Of a DNA stretch of 41,045 nucleotides, positions 1 to 11,619 are shown one piece after another. The notes under the pieces were generated by a model, which did no database searches, was not told the DNA's origin, and worked only from the letters and a program-made list of their open reading frames with translations. The number at the start of each line of letters is the position of its first letter. The stretch's first letter is position 1. Source of the stretch: Seison nebaliae (taxonomy: Eukaryota); NCBI GenBank assembly GCA_023231475.1, contig JALJEE010001038.1:1-41045 (forward strand). Reading direction: 5' to 3'. The position numbers and the translations under genes are program-made.

Positions 1-189
1 AACAATTAAGCCAACTACATCATTATTTAAGAGTTTTTTTTCCTGACGTTTTATTTAATTCCCAGAAATAACTAGTTTTGTTTCACTCTAATTACTCAAT
101 TGAGTAAATTTTCACACTTTTTATATAGAGCTGTGAAACACTGGTCTAGGTTGTACATATTTTCGCCAATTCTTTATCACAATATCTTT

Positions 190-1500
190 ATTAGAGTGGA
201 GAAAAGTTAACATCGATAAATTATTATCTGTTGAAACACTGCCTGTTTTTCCTATAAAGAAGAAAAGAAGCCGAAGAAAATATCTGTTCGCATTTCAAAG
301 AACTTGTCGAATAAACTTGCATAACTTCAAACATTTTATGCGAATTTTTACATTATTAGGCGCATTCCGCCCAGAATTCTTTAATATTTTTTTGACCACG
401 ATCTCGTCTGTTATAAAAATTAATTTCATCTCGGATAGTTATAACACTGCTCGGTGTTGATCTTCGTCTCTTTTTAAACCACTTTTCTCCTTCGGATATA
501 GATTCTTCTTCTCTGTTGTCTGATATTACGTCAATTCCCAGTAATTTCATGGAATCTTCTATTATTTCCTCAATATCGATATCTTTCTCGATGTTTCATT
601 TCTGGTCCAAAAATCGACAAAACTCACCTCTACGATGAACCGAATTTGATTTTCATATATCGACATTTCATCATCCAAATTTTTTTTCTTTTTCACATTA
701 TCCATTCGCAATAATTAAAAATCCTCTCTAGCAGGTAACTCATGGTCAGAGGAATCTTCGTAATCAGAAATTTCTATGTTAAGCAGCAAACAAGCATTTT
801 CCAATATGATATGAAGTCTATCCACTTTCAATGATCTATTCATTTTCCTCTACATTGTCGGTTTGAAATGCGGATTGATATATGCTGCGGCGATTAGTAA
901 ATCGTTATCTAAATATGGCTGAAATCGGATTTTCAATTTTTCTGATATCTCAGAAACTGTTTCAACGAAACGTTTATAAGATTCTTCCGTTTCTATATCA
1001 TACATTTCTTATATGACGATTAAGGAATCGGAAATCGACTTTTCATGTTTATGTTATAAATCATCATAAAATTTGATTAGAGAATATGCCGCTTGAATAA
1101 TTTTATGGGTTTCATCCTTCATCATTTCTTCTGTAAAAATGTATAACAGTTGAAATATTTTCAGTAAAACATCTAAGGTCGAAATATCTGGTAACGAATG
1201 ATATAATTGTGATAATGGAATTTTTAGCGATCGATTCCAGCATAATGTATGTCGAATTCCACCTCGTTATCACGTCCAATTTCAATTGTGGTGTTTCAAT
1301 TTCGAAAACGCTTTTCAATTCTTGAAGTTGGTGGGAAATAGTTGGAGATCTTCTCACTTCAAGAACAATCTCCTTCCAACTTTGAACCAATTTGCCGATG
1401 AATTCATTTTTATCCAATATATTTCTCGATACTAAATTCGTTCCATGTAAAATACATTTCGAGTGATTAAAATTGGAAAACACGTTCACAATATGCATTT
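190..1500 (-). mobile_element. Decayed hAT-superfamily transposase (C-terminal half, with frameshifts and stops)
   Basis: ORF 1112-1498 contains LKLDVITRWNSTYIMLESI (hAT D-x-x-TRWNS motif). Further along the minus strand are QPYLDNDLLIAAAYINPHFK (~865-920, matching the A-x-x-LDPRFK motif) and EFWAECA...STSSLKCEQIFSSASFLL (~255-375, matching the hAT dimerisation motif S-x-x-x-ER-x-FS). Confidence 0.85.
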
Positions 1501-1576
1501 TGGCGATGATTTAAAAAGGAATCGAATCGAAAGATGGTTGGTTTGAATGACAAATTTTTAGAATTATTATTTATAT

Positions 1577-2028
1577 ATAGTTGTTTGTTATATTGTTAGA
1601 TGTTTCCAGTGCAGAAATCTGAACTTCCATTAGTTGGAATATTGCGACTTTTAACAATTATAAAACAGATAAGGAATCTAAACAGATCTGACCATCACCA
1701 GATGATTCAACGGTCTAACGACTATTTAAGTTTTTTAAATAGTCTTCTCATTTCTTCGGACTGATAAAGCAAATATATTTATTTGTCAATAAAAAACAGT
1801 CCGAAGAAATGAGAAGACTGTTGAAAAAACTTAAATAGTCGTTAGACCGTTGAATCAGCACGTGACGGTCAGATCTTACAGATTCCTTATCTGTTTTACA
1901 ATTGTTAACGGTCGGAATATTCTAACTAATGGAAGTCCGAAGAAATGAGAAGACTGGTGGACAGACCATCATACAATCATAGTTGTTTGTTATATTGTTA
2001 AATGTTTCCAGTGCGGAATTCTGAACTT
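1577..2028. repeat. Composite repeat: 50-bp direct repeats enclosing a ~140-bp-arm inverted repeat
   Basis: ATAGTTGTTTGTTATATTGTTA(G/A)ATGTTTCCAGTGC(A/G)GAA(A/T)TCTGAACTT occurs at 1577-1626 and 1979-2028. Inverted arms lie at ~1623-1763 and 1797-1936 with a 33-nt spacer. AGTCCGAAGAAATGAGAAGACTG at 1798-1820 is repeated at 1934-1956. Confidence 0.9.
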
Positions 2029-3280
2029 TTTAGTTGTTACATTAATTATTAGTATTATTATTAATTAATTAAATAATTGTTCAAACTTTGTTCAAACATC
2101 TGATGTGAACACTTTTCAAGAATAGCATCTTTGAACAATGCATAAGAGTTTCATGAAATCTGTTTCTTTATCTGTTCTTCTAAATCAACTGACTAACAAA
2201 TTTTCAATACTCCTGTTATACTGAACCTTCAATTGTTTAATTTCATATTACCGTTGTAACTGTCAAAAATCGAAGCATATTTCAATTTCTTGTAGGAAGT
2301 TGAATTAAAATGTTCAAATTTTTATGATTCTTCAATTTCTTTGTTAAGCTTATTAACCATTTTGAAGTTCATAAAAGTCAATTGTTACCAAACTATAACT
2401 TAAAAATCAATTGATGAAACGGTTTGAAGAAGATTGAGAACTGTTCCACAAAAACAGAAAATTGGATAGTTAAATATGGAACTAGAAAATTTTGAAGAAG
2501 TTCTGATTAAGTTTATTAAGCACGACATATGTACCCAAATTTACATATCGTAACCAATATTCATAAAATATACTAAATATTTAAATGAGAAAAATTAAAA
2601 TTGTTAAGAAAGAGCGATATATTGAGATATTTGAGAACTGTAAAAAATAACATAAAAGTAACATGTATTCAATTATTCCTCTGAAAAATTAACTTTAAAC
2701 TTCTTTAAGGTTGAATGATTATCGAATAGTATAACGATGTTATGGAATCACATGAAGAATAATCATCAAGAACTATATCAGGAAGGAAGTAAATTTACTC
2801 AACTAAGCGATAATTTAGCACGACTTAATTTCGTTCATTAATTTATAAACTTCTTTCGATCGTCACGTTAAAAAATTTTTAAATTCTGTTTAAATAATTA
2901 AGTTGTGAATTGAATTTTTGCAATTTCATGTAAACTAGAAATGCTAACTGTTATCTGACTGAAGAACAAAAATAAAATACCATATTTCCCATATATCGTC
3001 GTTAATCAATTAATGAATTCGTTATAAGAGGATTTTGTGAAATAATTAATTTTTACTTTCTTATTTGAAGATTATTTTACGTTTATTTGTAGTTAAGCAA
3101 TATTTTCATGAAATTTTCAATTTTATTTATATTTATCCAGATCATATAAAATATAATCGCACAATCATATTTCTATAACATGATCGAATAACTAATGAAT
3201 TCAATGAACATATCAGAATAGGAAGAAATCGTCTCTTGAATATTCTTGATATGAGTATTCTTGAACACTTCCTAAAAATA

Positions 3281-3345
3281 GTCTCCTAATTGTACGTCTC
3301 CGAATTGTCTAGTCTCGGAATTGTGCAGTCTCCAAATTGTACGTC
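3281..3345. repeat. Tandem 15-16 bp GTCTCCGAATTGT-type repeats, probably subterminal repeats of a DNA transposon
   Basis: Four adjacent copies (gtctcctaattgtac, gtctccgaattgtcta, gtctcggaattgtgca, gtctccaaattgtac). The same motif recurs at 40440-40570. Confidence 0.7.
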
Positions 3346-3584
3346 GTTCATAATTATCATATTATAATAATTGTAAATCCTTATAGATTCCGAATATTAA
3401 TAGTATATCGTTAAACAATATATATGGCATCAATACGATCAAACAAATTCTGTAATTTGTATCATTATTTCCATCGATAACTAACGGACAGAAATCACTG
3501 ACAACATAATTTTCCTTAATTCGGTTCATTGCCAATTCATAACACCGATGAAAAAAGTTTAATATGTTTTCTTTGTAGCATGAT

Positions 3585-4025
3585 AGAAGTAAGTTCTGGT
3601 CTACAATTCGATCTGCAAGGAAAGAAACATACATCAAGATTGATATAAGTGCGTATCGTAATCAGTTTCAAACCATGATGTACGAATCCGACATCACCAC
3701 AAAAATCAGCACCTTTCCAACTACTAATCAATTTGATTCCATTTCGTTTGAGGAATTAAAATCTGCTATCGAAACTGCATAGGTAATCGAAAAGCACATG
3801 GATTCAACTATTATTGTATATAAGTTTTTAAAGAATTGTTACCATTCACGTCTCCATTGTCGTTTTTCTGTTCGTACTACACTCTTCCGAAGTCTACTAG
3901 GTTGTTCAATGCAAGAGAATTGATAGATCAATTCTCCGTCGATTAATTGGTCGCTGACAATCTCAAAAGTCAAATACCAAGATGCCGTGAACTAATTAAC
4001 AACTACCAACGTCGTGAATTTTTAA
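3585..4025 (+). mobile_element. Heavily deleted LINE ORF2 relic
   Basis: Across frameshifts it reads KFWSTIRS...DSISFEELKSAI..GNRKAHG...YKFLKNC (the EN-RT linker of the IT.EEV..AI..K.PG.D type), then VRTTLFRSLL, IDRSILRRLIG and a terminal QRREF*, which match the C-terminus of the other LINE copies in this window. Confidence 0.65.
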
Positions 4026-4397
4026 TCTTTATTTTTCAATTACCCTACAGGGATTTTCTTTAACAATAAAAAGAAAATAAAAGAATAAAATTCCCAATTT
4101 AAATAACACGAATCTCTTAAATATCATGAGCGAGATAAATCGAATTATTCCTCATAGAATTGTATCCAAACCGTTGTTGATGTTCCATCTAGTTGTTAGT
4201 TAGGATTCCTAACTTAGGAATCTAGTGGATTTGTATTTGTTGTTCACAATGCAGTTTTGGAAAACTGAAAAATTTTTTTTTATCATAGATATGGTAAATC
4301 ATGGAAATTATGGGATTAATTACGGGGTTAATTATGGAACTGATTTTTCACGAATTTAAAGAAATTAAGATGAAAAATAATTACAAAAAATTATTAC

Positions 4398-4470
4398 CGC
4401 CCACCCAGGGGCTCGAACCCTGGACCTTAGGATTAAAAGTCCCACGCTCTACCGACTGAGCTAAGCGGGC
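4398..4470 (-). tRNA. tRNA-Lys, anticodon UUU, intronless
   Basis: Reverse complement GCCCGCTTAGCTCAGTCGGTAGAGCGTGGGACTTTTAATCCTAAGGTCCAGGGTTCGAGCCCCTGGGTGGGCG folds as a cloverleaf with A box, B box (GGTTCGAGCC) and anticodon loop CTTTTAA. A T6 Pol III terminator lies just downstream (4385-4390). Confidence 0.97.
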
Positions 4471-4911
4471 ATGGTATCATGTTATTAATGATGATTCTAA
4501 AGTTCGGCAATCGTTAGAAACTGGAAGTGGAGTTTATACTCGAAATGATGTGAATTATATGGAACCTTAATTGGACTTAATGTTTCTAAATGGATTAAAC
4601 TAAATTCGAAACGTAGCATCACTCCAATATACAATGAAATTGGAAAATTTACATCAGATGTATATATCTATCGAAGTATTTTAGTAAATTCCTATCTTTC
4701 AATATGTACTGTAAGTGGCTCAATCAAATTATTCCAACAAGTCATTAAAATCGAAAATATTAAAGGAATTATTTCTAACGGAAAAGGATCGCTCTCTTTT
4801 TATTACTTCCTGTTAAATTTATTATTAGGGTATGCCCCAATTCGAACACAGTTGTCGATTCAATAAGTATGGAACACGATCTCACAACTTTGTGTAATGT
4901 AAGAATTAATG

Positions 4912-5155
4912 AATATTCAATTTCATCAGAAAAATAGAACTGACTGAAATTAGATTTTTCGTGACGTATTTTTGTGGTTTTTGTGGTCTAGCTGTTTCAC
5001 TAAAGGAGAATAGATTAGGTTTATCCGCTAATATTTAAACATTAGCGGATTTACCACTAGTCATTGCATTTCTAATTTTTATTAGATTTTCAGAATTGAT
5101 TCATTCGATGTCTTCTATTTCTTTTTGTCTGATTATATCATGAACGAAATCACTT
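4912..5155 (-). pseudogene. Decayed copy of exon 3 of the orphan membrane-protein gene at 6676-7500
   Basis: 5059-5152 (agtcattgcatt...cagaattgattc.ttcgatgtcttctatttcttt..gtct.attatatca) aligns with 6865-6960. Weaker similarity extends back to aatattcaattt at 4912, matching 6682. Confidence 0.7.
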
Positions 5156-5399
5156 CAACATAATTAGAGAGTGATATAGCATCACTCTAATGACACAAAA
5201 GTCATTAAAACGCCTTTCGTTAGTCGAACATATACCACGTCAGTTCGGACACAAGTCCTTCAACAGAAGAGTGATATTCACTCTCTACGAATTGACGCCA
5301 CTGGTACATTTAGCGAAGAGATATCTCAATAGTATTGATTCTGTAGAAAAGTCTGATCTTACCAATTTTACACGGCTGGGAATTTTTTGCTAAAATTTT

Positions 5400-6406
5400 T
5401 GTAAACATTCGTCCCATATCCCATCCTCAGATTTCTCGCTCACTTCTCCTGTTATTCCACTGGGTGTGTTGTTCACTGTGACTGCTCCAGTATCAATTTC
5501 CAAATTAATTTAGGAGTCCGTCAAGGTACGATCTTTGTTCCCTGGTTATTTGTTTTGGTTATCGACGGCGTCCTCCGCGAACTCAACGAAAGTAATAGAA
5601 TCGTCATTGGTGATTTCTTTTTTCCACATGTTATGGCATACACTGACGATTTCGTGATCATACATCGTTCCCTATCCTATTTACGTACATCTCGTCTTCT
5701 TGCTGAAAGAGGGATTACTATAAACGAATCGAAATGTTGGCTGCTCTCAACCGGTAATCGTTCATTCTCTAACATCCCTCTCGCTACTTCTACTATCTTC
5801 CTTGGCTCACTGATCGATATGCGATCTTTTTCCTCATCCACTCTCGATCGTATCCGAAACAAATTCTGTAGGGCTTTTTTCTCCTTTTCTAATAAATCCA
5901 AATTCGTCCCATTAAAGATCCGTCTTTCACTATTCAGGAGCCTAGTGCTACCACTTTATTCTTTGGAGACCATCTTTTTATGCTCCCATCGGTCTTTTCT
6001 GTCCTTGGACCGAACTTATAATCGGCTCTTTAGGAGAATGATCTGCTGTTTTCATAGATGTAATCGCTCACTTCTTTTCGGCACTGTGAATATCCTACCA
6101 CTTCCAATTCTTCTATGTCGTCGTATTTTTTTCACTCCGTGATAAATTTAACAATTCTGACTCATTCTCTAGTCATTCTTCCGGTATCAGATAACATGGG
6201 TTATCTCGACACATTTCTCTAACCGATTTTTAAAATTTCATATCAACATACGATTCCACCTCTACTCTACCTATCAACCGCGATTCCCTCGATAAATTAC
6301 GCCTTTTTATTGACACTGACATATTGTGAGTATGACAGTATTTTTTTTCTCTCTTTTTTCATGTTTATCCCGACGGGAATTTTAACCAATAAATAATAAT
6401 AATAAT
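5400..6406 (+). mobile_element. 5'-truncated, internally deleted non-LTR retrotransposon (RT and 3' end)
   Basis: NIRPIS (RT motif 1 remnant), GVRQGTIFVPWLFVLVID, MAYTDDFVI (YxDD), GITINESKC and FLG are present. It ends LSRREF* followed by AATAAA and (TAA)n. Confidence 0.9.
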
Positions 6407-6675
6407 ATTACTCACAACATACATATTACTTGTCAGTAAGTTTTCTTGAATGAAAGATTATTTTTCAGTTGATATGGAACTTTTCTGTTGATTACTTAAA
6501 AAGAACGAAAAGTTTTTCATTATTAATAACTCTTCTAACAAGAAGATATCATTTTCATATTTAAAATTTACTACGTTAATATTTGATCAACTAATAAAAG
6601 AATTATAAAGTTTAAATTCGTTTCTACTTTTATGTACATTCGTGATTGATGACAGCTTTGTGTTAAATGGGTTGT

Positions 6676-7500
6676 TCATTTAATATTCAATTTGGTCGGA
6701 TCAACTGAAACTGACAATGAGTCTCTTTTATCAGATTTTCCATCCACCTTATTCCGTTTCAATTTTCTAAATTTAACGGATAAAATGATTATGCTCATGA
6801 TCGTTGTCGTTAGAGCAGCAAGTGAGCAAGCGATAATTGAAAACATCCACGCTGATTTAGCATCAGTCATTGCATTTTTTAGTTTTTTTTGGTTATCAGA
6901 ATTGATTCTTTCGATGTCTTCTATTTCTTTTCGTCTAATTATATCAAATACGAAATCTCTTAATTGTGGACTCCTTCTAATTTCTGAGTTGTCAAGATAA
7001 CGAGGAGCAGCTTTCATAAATTTACCGTCAATTACTCCTATTATGTCCAACAAGTTGCCTGTATAACATTCACCAACCAATTGAATATCGTCTATCATTT
7101 TCAAGTATTGAAAAGAACAATTGACCAAATCCAACATATGATCATCTAAGAACGTAAGAAATTACATTAACATTATAAGAATTATCAATTATCAGAAGAA
7201 GCATAATATCAATTGAACCAGATAACATTTGTGAAAATTGTAAATTGCTTGCACACCAAATTTCCTTATCTGCTTTCTTTACGTTAGACGAAGTAATTCT
7301 TATTGAATAATACTTTTTGTCGCCACATTTCTTTATCGAATAAAGATCGTATATAGACTTCTTTATTTTCACTGCTAAATAGTTATCTATTAGAATATTA
7401 CATAATAATTTCAATAAAAATTTGGGAAACCCTTACTTGAATGAGTTATTTCAGGAGTAGAAGAAATGACGACAATTAATAAACAAATTGATATTTTCAT
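6676..7500 (-). CDS. Orphan type-I membrane protein, ~233 aa, 3 exons (7500-7437, 7386-7219, 7145-6676)
   Basis: Signal-like N-terminus MKISICLLIVVISS. GT-AG introns at 7387-7436 and 7146-7218 keep the frame (702 nt total). The ectodomain has 4 Cys, followed by a TM helix (WMFSIIACSLAALTTTIMSIIILSV) and a basic stop-transfer KFRKLKRNK. No family recognised. Confidence 0.75.
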
Positions 7501-8444
7501 TTTAAGAAATTCTTTAAGTAAATATTGGATTGTATATATATCGAGGAATTGCCAATCGAATAAGAATTAAAACGCACTTTAATTGTGGTTAATGACTTCT
7601 CTTTTTCTATATTCGATTTTAACAGTGTCAAATTCAAATATTTCAATTTCATTATTCTTAACCAATTATTTCCAACTAATATCATTTCCGCTCGTTGTTT
7701 ATTCAATGTTTCATCATTTATCAATTCTATCATACTCCACACAGATACAATTATAGCATATGTGGACTACAATATAGTATATAAAAATACTCTATATTAT
7801 AGAGTCTATATGAATATACATTTAATCATAATATGTGTGTGCATATTTTAAAAATTAATCAACATAAAATAATTTTTATATTTTAGAGAACAATTTTTAG
7901 GAGCAACTAAAATCAATCTGTTGTCAGCCCACCAGAATCCAATGCTAGAATTGTAATAGGAAATTCCATGGAAGGAGGAATTTCGTAAGCTTTTAAACTA
8001 ACGAATGTAAGAAATATGTTTTTACATAAAGAACGACGGAAAAATAGAGTTATTTAGTGTTTCTACTAATGATGTCCAAACGATATCCATAAGAAATAGG
8101 CTCAAACCTGTTTTGATTTTCGGTAGGAAATTAATCCGACTTTCCATTTATTTTTCGGATTGTTCCTTTTATGGGAAAAGAGAATGATATCACAGTTATT
8201 TTGAACATGTTCCATATTTATGTTGCACATATGTGTATAACCAATTCATCTATCTTTTTCTTAATGTGTGCTCATTTGATTTATTAATAATACAAAATAC
8301 ATCTGATTAATAACTTACAAAGACGTGTTAAGTTCGAAAAACATGGTTAAAATCATTACAAATAAATTTATTCAAAGTGGATATTCTATGAAGTATCGTC
8401 ATGAAGAATTTATTAATAAATTTAGAAGGTATAATGATCTTTAT

Positions 8445-9071
8445 TTACAAATCCAATTGGGAATATTTCTTTAAACGCTCCTCTATCCGTTGACGATTCT
8501 CCGAAGATGTTTCTTCGAATAAAATCTGAATAAAATTTTATAGAAGACTGATTTCATTAAAATTAAACTTCATCTTTCTTTCGCTCGCTTGATACGTCTA
8601 ATTTTTCACTTAAGTTCAACTGATGATGTCGAATAATGTTAAACAATTTACTTACACCTTCAAATCGGAAGATAAATCATGAATGACTCGGAAGACTGAA
8701 GAATGAATAATGGGGAAACCTTTTGTTGCAAAAACTGTTAGTCTTCTCTCTTCTGCATGATCTATTTCAATTTGAGGATGTTTTAAATATTTTTCAAATG
8801 GATCACTTCGATTCTTTTTTAATTTTGAAGATACAGATTTTTTCTTTTGACGATCGTCATTCTTTTCAACATTTTTCTTCTTTTTCTTCGGTTCATTTTC
8901 AATAATCTCCACTACTTCCTTGTCGTCAGTGTTGGAAACGACTTGTATCTTATCGTTCTCAGTTTGGTATTTGGTCTTACGTCTTTTATTCAAACGTTTA
9001 CGTTTCTGAACCACATTATCTTTAACTAGACTCTTCAACCGATTTTGTACTGGTTCTTTCTTTTGAACCAT
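8445..9071 (-). CDS. RRP15: RRP15-like ribosome biogenesis protein, 3 exons
   Basis: Lys/Glu-rich N-terminus. Removing introns 8658-8719 and 8526-8568 gives EERRLTVFATKGVSKLFNIIRHHQ, matching the Rrp15 motif ER.L..IATRGVVQLFNAV. Stop at 8445-8447. Confidence 0.85.
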
Positions 9072-9291
9072 GATGGAAATGTGGAAGAAATAAATGATCA
9101 AATATTGATCAAAACTTAAATTTCAAAATTATTTTTTCATTTTATCTTATTTTTATTACAATTTAATTAATCATAATTTTTAGATTAAACAACAATTGAA
9201 GAAAAATTTTATGTATATAATTGAATATTATATAATTATCAATTAATAAATATGAGGCAGATACAAAAAATATGAAAAAGAATTGAGTAAT

Positions 9292-10199
9292 TTAAAATTT
9301 AGATAAACTATACATTCGATGTTGGAGGTAGGTCGTTATCATTTTCCTCCTTTCAATTTCTTCCGGATACTCCTCTTCCATTCTTTCCAAATATTCCTTC
9401 ATGTCGATGACTTCTCCGATATTTATTCTCACTTGTTTTCCCATTTGAAGTCGATAAGGTTTCTGGTTGGGGAGGACATGATCAAAATCCTTATGATACA
9501 GTGGAAGAACTAGGGGATGTTTCATTTTAATATTATTCAGAATATATCCGATTCCTTTAAATGATTTAGTGAAATAAGTGGAATAATGTTTAATAATTTA
9601 ACCCCATTTAAATCGTTTATTTGTTTTCTCTTCATTTACTCCTCCTTCTGGGAAAATGTGCATCCATCCACCATTATTCAAAATGTCAATGATGAAATCG
9701 ACTCCGATCTGTTTGACACCATCTCCCCTAACAACTGGAATGCATCGTCCCAAACTAAATAGGATATTGTGAGTTTTCTTCGTGAAACAGACATCATGAC
9801 CGGATAATATCCATCGATTCTCCCAGGGATTCATTAATATTCTTCTAGTGGGGATCATTCCTTTTTATAATTAAATTTCGAAATTATATTTAAATTAAAT
9901 AATTCATTCAAACCGAATATAAATGGATCATCAATACAAGAATGATGATTACTATAAGTGATGAGACATTGAGAAGGAGATCGATTGAAAACAGCATTCT
10001 CCAATCTCTCTCGATTCTTCACTTCGACCTTTGTGAACCAATCTGTTGATGTCAATTCATTCCATTCATTCGGCAAATGGAACTAACTATAAAAAATATG
10101 ATTTGTACATTTCACGGCAGAGATGATTGTATATGAAGCGATTTTGTATGTCAATTTGTTCATTCGAACATTGAACGGCCATGGTTGTAGTAGAGGCAT
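9292..10199 (-). CDS. TAZ: Tafazzin (cardiolipin transacylase), 4 exons
   Basis: Starts MPLLQPWPF. Contains the acyltransferase HX4D motif in SNHHSCIDDP, plus CIPVVRGDGVKQ, WMHIFPEG and RFKWGIG. Introns at 10043-10087, 9861-9913 and 9555-9602. The exact 3' end is slightly uncertain. Confidence 0.95.
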
Positions 10200-10257
10200 T
10201 TAAATCAAGCCAATCTTATAAATTGAATGGAAATGAGTTAACGAAAAAAAATTGAAA

Positions 10258-10911
10258 ATGAGAATGATTTTTCCTCCAAAAATGGAGGGTGAAAAAGTAG
10301 AACGAACTTTCCCAATGAATTCCACAAAGCAACTCCTTCGAAGAGATTGTTTGCATAAGATTAAGTCCATAAATTCTTTGATACAATTCGAGAAATCTCG
10401 TTGTATCATTCGTCAAATTGAAGAATTAGATCAATACGAAAAAGCTGAAAATATTTCAATATTTTTCAATCTCTCAAATAGAACTGAAGTAATAACAATT
10501 CCATTCATTCAACATTTATTAGAGAATACGACGAAAAATGTCTTTGTACCATTCGTTTCTGGAAATTGCATGAAAATGAAAAAATTGACTAATGATAATA
10601 AGAAATATTTACATTTTCATCATTTCCTACAGCCGAACGAAAAATTCATAAATCATTTTGATGATCTGAATGATCATATGGAATTTAAACGAAATATATT
10701 CATTATTCCTGGAGTTGCCTTTACTGCTGATGGTAAACGTTTAGGAAGAGGTGGTGGTTATTATGACAAGTTTTTGTCTCGCATTTTACATCGAGATAAC
10801 AATACCTTAATCGGTGTGACATTTAAAGAAGTTCTCCTCGATGATTTCTTGACAGAAGAACATGATATTTTAATGGATTTAGTCATTTCTGACAAAGTGG
10901 AAAATCTTTAA
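10258..10911 (+). CDS. MTHFS: 5-formyltetrahydrofolate cyclo-ligase, intronless
   Basis: KQLLR N-terminal motif, IIPGVAFTADGKRLGRGGGYYDKFL signature and C-terminal EEHDILMDLVI. The start could be the ATG at 10258, 10264, 10282 or 10315. Confidence 0.95.
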   Translation: MRMIFPPKMEGEKVERTFPMNSTKQLLRRDCLHKIKSINSLIQFEKSRCIIRQIEELDQYEKAENISIFFNLSNRTEVITIPFIQHLLENTTKNVFVPFVSGNCMKMKKLTNDNKKYLHFHHFLQPNEKFINHFDDLNDHMEFKRNIFIIPGVAFTADGKRLGRGGGYYDKFLSRILHRDNNTLIGVTFKEVLLDDFLTEEHDILMDLVISDKVENL

Positions 10912-11324
10912 TTATCGATCATATTAAACGAAATCTTCATAAATAAAAAATAAAATATTATTTAACATTAATAAAATCATCTGGATATCATTTATAAATG
11001 AAGTTGTTTTATAGTTCATCGATTGTTTATATGATGTATTTCGATGATATAATGCTTCCAGTTTCATCTCTCGGTTTTTGATATAATCATTATATATATT
11101 ATAAATTTTTTGAGATTCCACCCGAGATTCTTTTGTTCTATCATTTTTAATAAATTTCTTTGTAATGTACTTATCGTCTTTATGGGAGAGATATATGGGG
11201 CGAATCTGGTAAGATAAGTATCAAATAAACTTGACGTTCATAGATATGGTTCATTTTCCTTAACATAGTGATATTGATTTATCATATTTGGTAATACTCT
11301 TTTCCGCAAACGGTCGTGTTAACT
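10790..11324. repeat. Left copy of a ~550-600 bp direct duplication: functional MTHFS 3' end plus a decayed copy of the androglobin-A last exon
   Basis: 10790-10905 aligns with 14301-14455, and 10910-11324 aligns with 14844-15323. ORF 10924-11121 (NREMKLEAL.HR.T.YKQSMN.KTTSF.NDIQMIL) is the decayed copy of ORF 14896-15234. Confidence 0.9.
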
Positions 11325-11619
11325 ATACATTGTTAAAGGACGAAATTTTGTCCGTGATATTAAGTTTTATAGAAAATCCGTCTAACATATTATTTGCTGT
11401 GTCATGTTAGATAAGTGTCTAAGACGGATGTCTAACAAGGAATTTGTAAGACGATATCTAAAGTCACTTCACTTCATTAAGTTATCTTCACAGTATTCTT
11501 ATTCTTCATAAATTAATAAATTAATTGTGTTAAAAAAAGAATTAAAAACGCATTAATTTATCGAATTATTAATCGACAAACCAGCTTTTATTGAATATCA
11601 TAAGAATTAATTTCTTTTT

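Noticed and set aside
1755..1796. Active hammerhead ribozyme in the hairpin loop
   Set aside because: The sequence is CTGATAA rather than CTGANGA, and no downstream GAAA core is present. At most it is a decayed remnant.
2080..2600. Possible second decayed transposase on the + strand (FYDSSI..., YPNLHIV)
   Set aside because: Only faint motif-like fragments among many stops, not enough to call.
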